Source of the DNA: Myxococcota bacterium
Lineage (GTDB): Bacteria; Myxococcota_A; UBA796; SXON01
Assembly (NCBI GenBank): GCA_040386535.1
Contig: JAZKFH010000006.1
Location: forward strand, 44,427 to 108,426
Direction: 5' to 3'
Length of the DNA stretch: 64,000 nucleotides
In this document: positions 28,236-37,727 of the stretch, piece by piece
Numbering within the stretch: position 1 is the stretch's first letter
Layout of the letters: each line of letters opens with the position of its first letter
Translations under genes and position numbers: made by a program
Notes under the pieces: model-generated
The model's database searches: none
What the model was told of the DNA's origin: nothing
The model's input: the letters and a program-made list of their open reading frames with translations, nothing else

Positions 28236-29201
28236 ATGCGCGGAGAACGGGTGGTCAAGAACGCCAGGGCGCCGAAGCCGGAGTGGCTCAAGGTGCGCAT
28301 GCCGAGCGGCGAGCGCTACACCGCGATCAAGGCGCGGGCGCGCGAGCTGAAGCTCCACACGGTGTGCGAGGAGGCCCAGTGCCCCAACATCGGGGAGTGC
28401 TGGAGCAGCGGCACGGCCACGTTCATGGTGATGGGGGACACGTGTACGCGAGGTTGCCGCTTCTGCGCGGTCGCCACCTCCCGCAACCCCGCGCCGCTCG
28501 ATCCGATGGAGCCGGTCAACGTCGCCAACGCCATCGCCGAGATGGGGCTCGACTACGTGGTCGTCACCTCGGTCAACCGGGACGATCAGCCCGACCAGGG
28601 CGCGGGCCACTTCGCCGCGTGCATTCGGGAGATCCGGGCGCGCAACCCCCACACGCTGGTCGAGGTCCTCATCCCCGACATGCGCGGGGATCTCGGCCTG
28701 CTCGACATCATCCTCGACGCCGGGCCCGACGTGCTCGCCCACAACGTCGAGTGTGTGCCGCGTCTCCAGGCGCAGGTGCGCGATCCGCGTGCGAATTGGG
28801 CTCAGTCCGTGGCGATCCTCCAGGGCGCGAAGGCGCGCGGCGCGGGCTCGGGCAGGAACGGGGCCCAGCTCACCAAGACCAGCCTCCAGGTCGGCCACGG
28901 GGAGACCGAGGCCGAGCTCCTCGAGGCGATGGCGCTCCTCCGCACGTTCGACGTCGATTTCCTCACCATCGGCCAGTACCTGCGCCCCTCGATGACGCAC
29001 CTGCCGGTCGTCGAGTACGTCACCCCCGAGGTGTTCGCGCGGCTCGAGGTCGCGGGCACGGCGATGGGGTTCCAGTACGTCGCCAGCGGGCCGCTGGTAC
29101 GGTCCTCTTACAAAGCGGGCGAGTTCTTCATCGCCCAGCACCTGCGGTCGCGCGCGGCGCACCAGACCGCGGCCGCCGCCGGCACCACGGAGCACACATG
29201 A
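28236..29201 (+). CDS. lipA: lipoyl synthase
   Basis: CEEAQCPNIGEC, CTRGCRFC and RSSY. Confidence 0.97.
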   Translation: MRGERVVKNARAPKPEWLKVRMPSGERYTAIKARARELKLHTVCEEAQCPNIGECWSSGTATFMVMGDTCTRGCRFCAVATSRNPAPLDPMEPVNVANAIAEMGLDYVVVTSVNRDDQPDQGAGHFAACIREIRARNPHTLVEVLIPDMRGDLGLLDIILDAGPDVLAHNVECVPRLQAQVRDPRANWAQSVAILQGAKARGAGSGRNGAQLTKTSLQVGHGETEAELLEAMALLRTFDVDFLTIGQYLRPSMTHLPVVEYVTPEVFARLEVAGTAMGFQYVASGPLVRSSYKAGEFFIAQHLRSRAAHQTAAAAGTTEHT

Positions 29202-30022
29202 CACGTTCGGGTCGGGATCTCCTTCGGGCGGCGCTCGAGCGCCACGTCGCGAGCGGGGGCGTGCTCGTGGGCGAGGCCGTGGGTGTACACGGCGTGACCG
29301 AGGGCTTCGCCGCCGGGCCCGGGCTCGTCCGCACGCCGCTCTCCGAGGGCGCTGCCGTGGGTGTCGCCGCCGGGTTCGCGCTCGCCGGCAAGAAGGTCGT
29401 GGTCGAGCTCGTCGATCCGGCCGGGCTCGGCCGGGCCGCCGAGGTGCTCGGCGAGCTCGCGTCCCTGCGCGCCCGCACCAACGGGGCCTGGTCCGCGCCC
29501 ATCGTGGTCCGCGCGCCGTTCGCGCCCTTCACCGCGCCCGCCGGGCTGCGCGTCGTCGTCGCCGCCACGGCCGACGATCTCGTCGGGATGCTCGCCCTCG
29601 CCCTCGACGGCAACGAGCCGGTCGTGCTGCTCGAAGCCGCGTCCGCGCACGCCGACACCGGCACCGGCACCAGCGTGCCGGCCCTCGGCACCGCGGTCAC
29701 CCTCCGCGAGGGCTACGCTGCCACCGTCTTCGCCGTCGGTCCCGCGGTGGACGCCGCCTTCGACGCGGCCGACGCGCTCTACGACGACGGCACCGGCGAG
29801 GTCGAGGTCGTCGACCTGCGCGCCCTCGCCCCGCTCGATCGCGCGACCATCGGCGCGAGCGTGCGCAAGAGCGGCCGCGCCGTCATGGTGGGCGTCCCCG
29901 AGGGCCTCACCGTCGCGTTGGACGAGGCGTTCCTCTCTCTCGAAGCGCCGCTCGCCGCGCTGCCCGCCGACGCCTCGGCCGCGCAGATCGCCGCCGCGCT
30001 CCGCGCCGCCATCTCCTACTAG
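29198..30022 (+). CDS. 2-oxoacid dehydrogenase E1 beta-like subunit, degenerate
   Basis: TPLSE...G.A.G.AL.G and EVVDLR.L.PLD...SVRKSGR; 274 aa; active-site His loop absent. Confidence 0.8.
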   Translation: MTRSGRDLLRAALERHVASGGVLVGEAVGVHGVTEGFAAGPGLVRTPLSEGAAVGVAAGFALAGKKVVVELVDPAGLGRAAEVLGELASLRARTNGAWSAPIVVRAPFAPFTAPAGLRVVVAATADDLVGMLALALDGNEPVVLLEAASAHADTGTGTSVPALGTAVTLREGYAATVFAVGPAVDAAFDAADALYDDGTGEVEVVDLRALAPLDRATIGASVRKSGRAVMVGVPEGLTVALDEAFLSLEAPLAALPADASAAQIAAALRAAISY

Positions 30023-30069
30023 TTCGCTCGCCCGCTTCCTCCTGACCCCGCCGCCCCCGGAGCCCCCCC

Positions 30070-31419
30070 ATGTACGTGTTCCCCCTTCCGGAGATCGGAG
30101 AAGGTGTCGTCGAGGGCGAGATCGTCCGCTGGCTCGTCAAAGCCGGTGACGACGTCGCGACCGACCAGCCGCTCTGCGAGATCATGACCGACAAGGCCAC
30201 GGTCGAGATCTCCTCGCCCAAGAGCGGCCGCGTGGCCCGCACGCACGGCAGCCCCGGCGACGTGATCAAGGTGCACGCTCCCCTCGTCGAGATCGATCTC
30301 GGCGGGGGCGCCGCCGCCAGCCCCGCCGCGCACGCGCCCAAGGCCGCCGCGCCCGCCGCCGCCGCCCCTCCGAAGGCACCCCCGGCCGCCGCGCCCATCG
30401 CCGCCCGCCCGGCCCCGGTCACTGCGCCCGCCCCCGCCGCCGGCCTCGCCGTCGCCCCGCCCAACGGCCACGGCGCCATCCCCGCCGCCATCGCCGCCCG
30501 CATGCCACCCGCCCCCGGCGACAAGGCGCTCGCCTCCCCCGCCGTGCGCCACGCCGCCCGCTCCGCCGGGCTCGACGTGAACGCGGTCCCTGGCTCCGGC
30601 AAGGACGGCCGCGTCACCCGCGCCGACATCGAGGGCTTCGCCGGCGGTGCGAACACCGAGTCGGCGCTCCGCGCGCCCCCCGCGCTCCAGTCCTTCCAGG
30701 CGCCGGGCGCCCGCGAAGGCGACGAGCGCATCAAGATCATCGGCCTCCGCCGCAAGATCGCGGAGAAGATGGTGCAGGCCTACCGCACCGCCCCGCACTT
30801 CACCTACGTGGACGAGGTGGACTGCAGCAAGCTCGTGGCCCTGCGCGCCTCGCTCAACACGCAGGCCACCGCGCGCGGCGCCAAGCTCTCGTACCTCCCG
30901 TTCATCTTCAAGGCGCTCGCCATCACTTTCCGCGAGTTCCCCACGGTCAACGCCGTGATGGACGAGGACGAGTTCACCCTCGTCGTCCGCAAGGACGTGA
31001 ACATCGGCATCGCGACCGACACCGACGCCGGCCTCTACGTGCCGGTCATCAAGAACGTCGACCGCAAGAGCCTCATCGAGATCGCGCTCGAGATGGCCGA
31101 CCTCACCAAGCGCACGCGCGAGGGCAAGGCCCGCATCGACGAGCTCGGCGGCGGCACGTTCACCGTCACGTCGGTCGGCAACATCGGCGGGCGCTTCGCC
31201 ACGCCCATCCTGAACCACCCCGAGGTCGCCATCCTCGGCGTCAACCAGATCCACGATCGCCCCGTCGCCATTGACGGCAAGGTCGAGATCCGCCCCATGA
31301 TGTACCTCTCGCCGAGCTTCGACCACCGCGTCATCGACGGCGCCGTGGCCGCCCGCTTCGTCAGCGCGCTCAAGCGCCTCCTCGAGCAGCCCGAGGCGCT
31401 GCTCCTGGATCTGCGGTGA
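30070..31419 (+). CDS. dihydrolipoamide acyltransferase (E2)
   Basis: Lipoyl motif MTDKA, ASPAVR/GSGKDGRV subunit-binding domain, catalytic DHRVIDG. Confidence 0.96.
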   Translation: MYVFPLPEIGEGVVEGEIVRWLVKAGDDVATDQPLCEIMTDKATVEISSPKSGRVARTHGSPGDVIKVHAPLVEIDLGGGAAASPAAHAPKAAAPAAAAPPKAPPAAAPIAARPAPVTAPAPAAGLAVAPPNGHGAIPAAIAARMPPAPGDKALASPAVRHAARSAGLDVNAVPGSGKDGRVTRADIEGFAGGANTESALRAPPALQSFQAPGAREGDERIKIIGLRRKIAEKMVQAYRTAPHFTYVDEVDCSKLVALRASLNTQATARGAKLSYLPFIFKALAITFREFPTVNAVMDEDEFTLVVRKDVNIGIATDTDAGLYVPVIKNVDRKSLIEIALEMADLTKRTREGKARIDELGGGTFTVTSVGNIGGRFATPILNHPEVAILGVNQIHDRPVAIDGKVEIRPMMYLSPSFDHRVIDGAVAARFVSALKRLLEQPEALLLDLR

Positions 31420-32027
31420 GCGCCGTGGAGTCCGTCGTCGCCCCCTCCTCCGAGCCCGCTGTCGACGCCCTCGCCGAGGCGCTCGTTGCCGTCCGCACCT
31501 ACTGCGCGGCCGATCCCGCCGTCGTGAGCGGGCGCGGCCTCGAGGCCCTCATCGCCGGCGTGGCCGTCGGCGCCCCGCGCAAGGCGTGGCTCCTCCCCGG
31601 CCGTCGTGAGCGCGCGTGCGCTCTGGTGCGCGGCTGCGGCGCCGATCGCCTCGACCAGGCGCGGCCCTTCCGCGTCGTCCCCCCCGGCGACAGCCCCGCC
31701 GCCCGCACCCTCTACGCCGTGGGCCTCGCGCTCGCGGGCGATCCCGCGGTGGTCTTCGTCGGCACCGGCACCGCCGGCTACGGCGCGTTCCACGAGGCCC
31801 TCCAGCTCGCCGCCGTGCACCGCGCGCCGGTCACGTTCGTCGTGACCTGGTACACCAACGCCGGCCCCTTCGCGCCCCCGCTCGCGGTCGCCCCCTCGGT
31901 GCTCGCCGCCGCGCTCGGCCTCACTGCCGTGGTGGTCGACGCTACCGACGCCGCCGCCGTCCGCGACGCCGTGGCCGCCGCCGAGGGCCCGACGTTGATC
32001 GAGGCACGGCTCTCGGGCAAGGCGTAG
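31416..32027 (+). CDS. 2-oxoacid dehydrogenase E1 alpha-like subunit, truncated and degenerate
   Basis: FVGTG...GAFHEALQLAAVHRAPVTFVV and GPTLIEA; 203 aa; the ThDP motif GDG reads GTG. Confidence 0.75.
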   Translation: MSAVESVVAPSSEPAVDALAEALVAVRTYCAADPAVVSGRGLEALIAGVAVGAPRKAWLLPGRRERACALVRGCGADRLDQARPFRVVPPGDSPAARTLYAVGLALAGDPAVVFVGTGTAGYGAFHEALQLAAVHRAPVTFVVTWYTNAGPFAPPLAVAPSVLAAALGLTAVVVDATDAAAVRDAVAAAEGPTLIEARLSGKA

Positions 32028-32062
32028 CGGATCCGGGCGCGCCCCCGCTGCCGCGGGGTCGC

Positions 32063-34101
32063 GTCGAGTAGGGACCCCCAGTCGCCCAGGGGCCCCTCTC
32101 ACAGAACCGTACTTGTGCTGTTCACATACGGCTCTTCGGGACGCTGCGTTTCGCGGGTGCTCCCCGCAGCGCCGGTCGGTTCACGACCTCCACCATCCTG
32201 AGAACAGCGAGAGCTGTCCTACCAGGGCTTCGATGACCGGGGGCGGTTTGACGAGCGTGTGCAGCTCGGTCCACGCGCCCCGCAAGGAGTAGAGGCCCTT
32301 GCCGGTGAACCACCGGTTCGGGACCGTCCGCTCCATCGCAGGTCGGTGGCTGAGATTCCAGATGCTCCGCCGTCCTTCGTAGACGGTGGCCCACGCTGTC
32401 TTCTCTCGTACGCCTCCTCGGATGAAGTGCCGAACAATCGTGACCTTCGCCTTCCACTGCTTGAGTAGGATTGCCCGCATCCGCCGTCGGATGTGGGCGT
32501 CGAGGGCCTTCATCGATCGCTCCTCGCCGGTGCAGATCCGGAAGAAGCCGAACCACCCGCGCAGGTAGACGTTGAGGTCCTTGATGCACACCTCGATGGC
32601 GCGCCCGGTGTTCCTCGGCGTCCGGTTGCGGATGTTCTCGCGTATGCGCTCCAAGGAGCGCGCCGACAGGTAGACCTCCACCTTGCCGGTCTTCGCGTCC
32701 TTCCCCAGCCGGAAGCCGAGAAAGTGGCGTTCTTCGGGACGGGCGACGGCGCTCTTCGCCGCGTTCACCTTGAGGCGCAAGCGCGTCGCGATGAACTCGA
32801 CCAAGCTCGCCATCACCCGTTCCCCCGCTCGCGGCGACCGCACGTAGATGTTGCAGTCGTCGGCATAGCGGACGAACCGAAGCCCGCGCGCGGCCAGCTC
32901 GTTGTCGAGCTCGTCGAGCACGATGTTGCTGAGCAACGGGGAGAGCGGGCCGCCTTGCGGGACCCCCTCGTCCGTGCTCACCTTCACGCCGTCGGGCATG
33001 ACCACCGACGCCTTCAGCATGCGACTCAAGAGATGGAGTACACGGCGGTCGGGCACGCGTGTCGCCACGCGCGCCATCAGCCGTTGGTGGTTGACCGTGT
33101 CGAAGAACTTCTCCAGGTCGATGTCCACCACGTACTCGTAGCCCTCTGCCACGTACCGCTGCGCCTCGGCGATCGCCGTCTGACAGCTTCGTCCAGGTCG
33201 AAAGCCGTGACTCGACGCATGGAACGTCGGCTCCCACAACGGTTCGAGAACCGCCCTGAGCGCCTCCTGCACCATCCGATCGACCACGTTGGGAATGCCG
33301 AGCCCTCGCTGCCCGCCATTGCTCTTGGGGATCCACACCCGTCGGATGTCTCCGGGGGTGTAGTTCCCGTCGAGCAGCGCGGCGCGCAACGCCGGTAGCA
33401 GCGTCGGCAGGTGCTCGCGCACCTGGTCGACGTTCTGCCGGTCGGGACCTGCGGCGCCCTTGTTCGATGCCACCTTCTCGAAGGCGGTCTCCAATCGCTC
33501 CGTCACTTCCTCCATCATCGTCGCCGGCGGCGCCTCTTCTTCCGTGTCCCTCGCCTTCGGCGCCCGGTGCGCGGACGACGTGGACAGGTCCACGCCGCCG
33601 GTGCCCGTGGCCCCCACGGGCGAGCCCGTCGGGTTGTCGGCTGTTGCGAAGGGCAGTCCGAGCTGCGCTGCCTGTTGGTTGACCGAGGACGCCTTCCCTC
33701 CACGGGTTTCCCCGCTTTGGACGACCTTTCGGCCGCCTTCCGGTACTACGCGTCCTTCCGACTTCTGCTGGGCCATCCTCGTCCGTCCTCTTCGTCCTCG
33801 CGAGTACCGGCCTCTCGACCGGGACCCAGCAGATCTCTCCAGGTAAGAACAACCATCTTCAGACCATCCCGTCGCCAATACGCCTGCGCCACCGACGGAA
33901 ATAGGGCTTCGCTGCTGAGGGCCAGCTCACCCGACGCAGGCGCCTTACGGCGCTTCGCTTTCGCTCGAAACGGTCCTGTACCTACGACTTCCACCAGACC
34001 CTCGGTCGCCCTCGGGCCCTTGTCTCCTCGGCTTCGGGTTCCCTCCGACGGGCCCCGGGTATGGACTTTCACCTCCTGATGGTTGTTCGTGCTGGACGCA
34101 C
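32063..34101 (-). mobile_element. group II intron, full length, IIC-like
   Basis: 5' end GTGCG at 34101; short domain V GAGCCGTATGTGAACAGCACAAGTACGGTTC; domain VI ending CCTACTCGAC at 32063; internal RT ORF. Confidence 0.92.
32181..33518 (-). CDS. ltrA: group II intron reverse transcriptase/maturase without endonuclease domain
   Basis: NKGAAGPD, RGLGIP, SHGFRPGRS, DLEKFFD, GVPQGGPLSPLL and RYADD; alternative start at 33776. Confidence 0.95.
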   Translation of the reverse strand: MMEEVTERLETAFEKVASNKGAAGPDRQNVDQVREHLPTLLPALRAALLDGNYTPGDIRRVWIPKSNGGQRGLGIPNVVDRMVQEALRAVLEPLWEPTFHASSHGFRPGRSCQTAIAEAQRYVAEGYEYVVDIDLEKFFDTVNHQRLMARVATRVPDRRVLHLLSRMLKASVVMPDGVKVSTDEGVPQGGPLSPLLSNIVLDELDNELAARGLRFVRYADDCNIYVRSPRAGERVMASLVEFIATRLRLKVNAAKSAVARPEERHFLGFRLGKDAKTGKVEVYLSARSLERIRENIRNRTPRNTGRAIEVCIKDLNVYLRGWFGFFRICTGEERSMKALDAHIRRRMRAILLKQWKAKVTIVRHFIRGGVREKTAWATVYEGRRSIWNLSHRPAMERTVPNRWFTGKGLYSLRGAWTELHTLVKPPPVIEALVGQLSLFSGWWRS

Positions 34102-34289
34102 CCTCCTGCAGGCTCGGCCTCACGGCCTCGGTCGGCCGCTCCCCCGGGGCGGGGCGCGGCCGGACCGCGTCGGCTGGCGCCGCCGCGCCTTCCGGAGGGC
34201 TCGCGCGGGTGCATGATCGGCGTTCGCGGCCTCGGGTGTCCCGCGCGGACCGGCCCGGGCGGCGCTACCCTGCGTCGAACGGAGCCTCC

Positions 34290-34496
34290 GTGCGCCTCAT
34301 CCTCCTGGCCCTCTTCGCCGCCGCCTGCACGGGCGCCTCCTCCGACACCGCAGACTCCGCCGCCGTCGTCACCTGCGTGGACGACGCCGGCGTGGTCCGC
34401 GCGGTGGGCGAGACCTGGGACGCGGGCGACTGTGCCAACACCTGCTCGTGCACGGAGGATGGGCACGCGGACTGTACCGATCTCGGGTGCCCGTGA
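34290..34496 (+). CDS. small lipoprotein with pacifastin/VWC-like six-Cys domain
   Basis: FAAAC lipobox; C...GETW..GDCANTCSC...G...CT...C. Confidence 0.7.
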   Translation: MRLILLALFAAACTGASSDTADSAAVVTCVDDAGVVRAVGETWDAGDCANTCSCTEDGHADCTDLGCP

Positions 34497-34614
34497 GCGG
34501 CTGAGCCGCCGACCCCGCGGCCACCGAGAGCGACGAGCTGTCCTACGCGCTCGACGAGGGCTGCCGCCCCTGGTGAACGCATGGCCGGGATACCACCCCC
34601 GCGGAGGACGTGGA

Positions 34615-35547
34615 ATGCCATGCACCGTCCTGGGCGTCGCCGTCATCGGGCTCGGCGCGTTGTACGTCCCCGGAGGGCCCGCCTTCGCCTACGCCGGAGA
34701 GGTGCCGGAGGCGAGCGTGCGGATCGGCGCGGGCGGGCGCTTCGCCGCCGAGCTCGGCGGGGGCGGTGTCGTCGTCGAGGTGGAGGTCGAGTCCGCTGTC
34801 CCCGTCCACCTCCGAGAGGCGGGCCGCTTCGACGGGTATCTCCTGGTCGCGCCCGAGGCGGATCTCGTCGCGTCGAAGGACGGCGGCGCCGTGCGGGTGG
34901 CGCCGCCGGTGGTCGGCGACGCGGTCGGCCCGACGGTCTTCGTGGGTGAGCGGAGCCCCGGCGCCCCGGTGCGCTGCCGTGACCTCACGCTCTCGAGCGC
35001 CTCGGGGGCCTCCTCGTGGTCCGGCCCGGGGGAAGCGGTCCAACGGCTGGACGCACGCGGGGACGCCCTCGTCCTGCGGCGGAAGCCCCGCGGCGCCGTG
35101 CTCGGCACGCTGCCCGGCGAGATGTTCGGCGTCGTGGACGCCCGCCGCGGTGACAGCGTGCGCGCGACCGTCGATCTCGGCGCCGGGTTCGCGGTCTACG
35201 GCTGGTTCGACGCCGTCGACACCGAGCCCGTCGAGATCGGCGTCGGCCAGGGCCTGCGGCCGCAGGCGGGACCGCTGGGGCTCGCATACGCGGACGTGGC
35301 ACGTTGCGACGCGGCCATACCGCTCGCCGTCGAGGTGGGTGGCGCGGTCACGGTCCTCGGGAGCGCCGCGCCCGGGACGCCGGTCATCGCGACCGGCCCG
35401 GCCCGTGACGACGGTTGGACCGCGATCGTGCTGCCCGGGGGCTGGTTCTCGCCGTGGGACGGGCGGGTGTCCGCGCGGACGGGCGCCACGTTGCTCGGTC
35501 CCGAAGCGATCCGCGGGTGCCCGACCGATCCGTCCTACGCGCGTTGA
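34615..35547 (+). CDS. hypothetical exported protein
   Basis: GGAGG upstream of ATG, hydrophobic N-terminus, GC3-biased codons. Confidence 0.55.
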   Translation: MPCTVLGVAVIGLGALYVPGGPAFAYAGEVPEASVRIGAGGRFAAELGGGGVVVEVEVESAVPVHLREAGRFDGYLLVAPEADLVASKDGGAVRVAPPVVGDAVGPTVFVGERSPGAPVRCRDLTLSSASGASSWSGPGEAVQRLDARGDALVLRRKPRGAVLGTLPGEMFGVVDARRGDSVRATVDLGAGFAVYGWFDAVDTEPVEIGVGQGLRPQAGPLGLAYADVARCDAAIPLAVEVGGAVTVLGSAAPGTPVIATGPARDDGWTAIVLPGGWFSPWDGRVSARTGATLLGPEAIRGCPTDPSYAR

Positions 35548-35562
35548 TCTCGGCGTCGGCGC

Positions 35563-35794
35563 GACCCGACAGAACGGGCGTCACTGCCGGTCGTGAGGCG
35601 GATTCTGTCGGGTCCACACGCTCCACTCCCGGGGGCACGACCAGCCTGACCGCCGACGCCGACGGGACAACGCCCACTATTTGGTGCCGCAGACGGTTCC
35701 CCCCACCAACGGCGCCCGGATCCAACCCCGACCGGCCGCCAGGACCCGACAGAACGGGCGTCACTGCCGGTCGTGAGGCGAATTCTGTCGGGTC
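35563..35794. repeat. two copies of a 52-bp palindrome, 180 bp apart
   Basis: GACCCGACAGAA...TTCTGTCGGGTC at 35563-35614 and 35743-35794, one mismatch between copies. Confidence 0.9.
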
Positions 35795-36130
35795 GGGCAG
35801 GCGGCGGCGGCGGCGCCTTCCGATCACAAGGAGGAGCGCCGAGTCGCCCCGGCCGCCAACCCCGTACCGCGCACGCGTAAGACACAGGTGATCGCATGCC
35901 CCGAGAAGGCCGTCACCTGCCGCAGCGCGCAGCCGGGCCCGCACGCGCCGCATGGCCACACGCTGTAAATCCTGCCGGGCCTACGCGCTCCCCCGCCGGC
36001 CCCACGCGAAGGCGCCCCCGCCCCAGCCCCGCGGTCGGCGCGCTCGGGCGCCGGGCACCGCGGGGGACGCTGCTCGAGCCCCCCGCTCCCGCCGCCCCCG
36101 CGTTAGACCGGTCGGCTACCCGGAGTCCCC

Positions 36131-37537
36131 ATGGAGACCATCAAGTACACCGCCATCGTGCTCGGCGCGGGCCCCGGCGGCTACCCCGCGGGCATCCGCC
36201 TCGGGCAGCTCGGCGTCAAGACGCTCGTGATCGAGCGCGAGTACTGGGGCGGCGTGTGCCTCAACGTGGGCTGCATCCCGTCCAAGGCGCTCATCACCGC
36301 GGCCAAGCGCCTCGAAGAGATCCAGCACGCCGACGCCATGGGCATCGAGGTCGCGGGCGCGGCGTCGATGAACATGACCAAGTTGCAAGCCTGGAAGGGC
36401 ACGGTCGTCAACCGCCTCACCGGCGGCGTCCGCACCCTTCTGAAGGGCAACAAGGTCGACATGGCGACCGGCACGGCGAAGTTCGTCGGCCCCAAGGCGC
36501 TCGAGCTCACCGGCCCCGACGGCACGGTGACCCGCTACGAGGCCGATCACATCGTGATCGCCACGGGCAGCCGCCCCATCGAGATCCCGGGCTTCAGCTT
36601 CGCGGACGCGCGCATCCTCGACTCGACCAAGGGCCTCGCCCTCCCCGAGATCCCCAAGCGCCTCGCCGTCATCGGCGGCGGCTACATCGGCCTCGAGCTC
36701 GGCAGCGTCTACGCCAAGCTCGGCACCAAGGTCACCGTCATCGAGATGGCCGACCAGCTGCTCCCCGGCTTCGACCCCGACGTGGTCAAGCTCATCGACC
36801 GCAAGCTCCGCAAGGGCGGCGTCGACGTCCAGCTCAAGGCCCAGGCCCAGGGCTGGGAGGACACCGGCACCGGCGCGCTGCTCCGCTACAAGACGCCCGA
36901 CGGCGACAAGACCCTCGAGGCCGACTACATCCTCGTCACGGTCGGCCGCCGCCCGAACACCGACGCGATCGGACTCGAGAGCGTCGGCCTGGAGATGGAG
37001 GGCCGCTTCATCAAGACCGACAAGCAGCTCAAGACCTCCGTGCCCGGCGTCTACGCCATCGGCGACTGCACGACCGGCCTGATGCTCGCGCACAAGGCGA
37101 CTCACGACGGCGAGGTCGTCGCCGAGGTGATCGCGGGTCACGACGCGTACAACGACGCGAAGACCGTCCCGGCCGTGGTCTTCACCGATCCCGAGATCGC
37201 CACCGCCGGCCTCATGGAGCACGAGGCCAAGGCCAAGGGCTACACGCTCAAAGTCGGCAAGGTGCCCTACGCCGCGATCGGCCGCGCGCTCACGACGAAC
37301 GAGCCCGACGGCTTCATCAAGGTCATCGCCGACGCCGCCGACAACCGCATCCTCGGCGTCACCATCGTCGGCGCGCACGCCAGCGATCTGATCTCCGAGT
37401 GTGTCCTCGCCGTCGAGATGGACTGCGAGCTGATGGACGTGGCGCTCTCCATCCACCCGCACCCCACGATGGGCGAGGGCATCATGGAGGCCGCCAAGGC
37501 CGCGCTCGGCGAGGCCGTCCACATCATGAACGGCTAA
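36131..37537 (+). CDS. lpdA: dihydrolipoyl dehydrogenase (E3)
   Basis: GAGPGG, GGVCLNVGCIPSK, GGGYIGLE and HPHPTMGE. Confidence 0.97.
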   Translation: METIKYTAIVLGAGPGGYPAGIRLGQLGVKTLVIEREYWGGVCLNVGCIPSKALITAAKRLEEIQHADAMGIEVAGAASMNMTKLQAWKGTVVNRLTGGVRTLLKGNKVDMATGTAKFVGPKALELTGPDGTVTRYEADHIVIATGSRPIEIPGFSFADARILDSTKGLALPEIPKRLAVIGGGYIGLELGSVYAKLGTKVTVIEMADQLLPGFDPDVVKLIDRKLRKGGVDVQLKAQAQGWEDTGTGALLRYKTPDGDKTLEADYILVTVGRRPNTDAIGLESVGLEMEGRFIKTDKQLKTSVPGVYAIGDCTTGLMLAHKATHDGEVVAEVIAGHDAYNDAKTVPAVVFTDPEIATAGLMEHEAKAKGYTLKVGKVPYAAIGRALTTNEPDGFIKVIADAADNRILGVTIVGAHASDLISECVLAVEMDCELMDVALSIHPHPTMGEGIMEAAKAALGEAVHIMNG

Positions 37538-37544
37538 CCGGTCA

Positions 37545-37710
37545 CGACGTTCCGGGGCGGCCGGCCGGGCGCCTCCCCGGGCGCGGACGCCCGGGGCCGG
37601 GCTCTCTCCGGGCTCGGCGCGAGGCGCCTCGGTTCGGTCCCGGCGCGACGCCGGCCCCGGAACCGCGCGTCCCCAGGGCGGGCCGCGCGCCCTCCGGATC
37701 CCTGGCGCGC
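37545..37710 (+). repeat. dispersed GC-rich intergenic repeat (copy)
   Basis: CCGGGCGCGGACGCCCGG...CCGGATCCCT shared with 47955-48094 and the reverse complement of 56828-56952. Confidence 0.6.
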
Positions 37711-37727
37711 CATTCGTTGGAGCTCCC

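Noticed and set aside
32181..33518. Retron, DGR or defence RT
   Set aside because: The RT lies inside clear group II intron ends with domains V and VI and has a maturase-type C-terminus.
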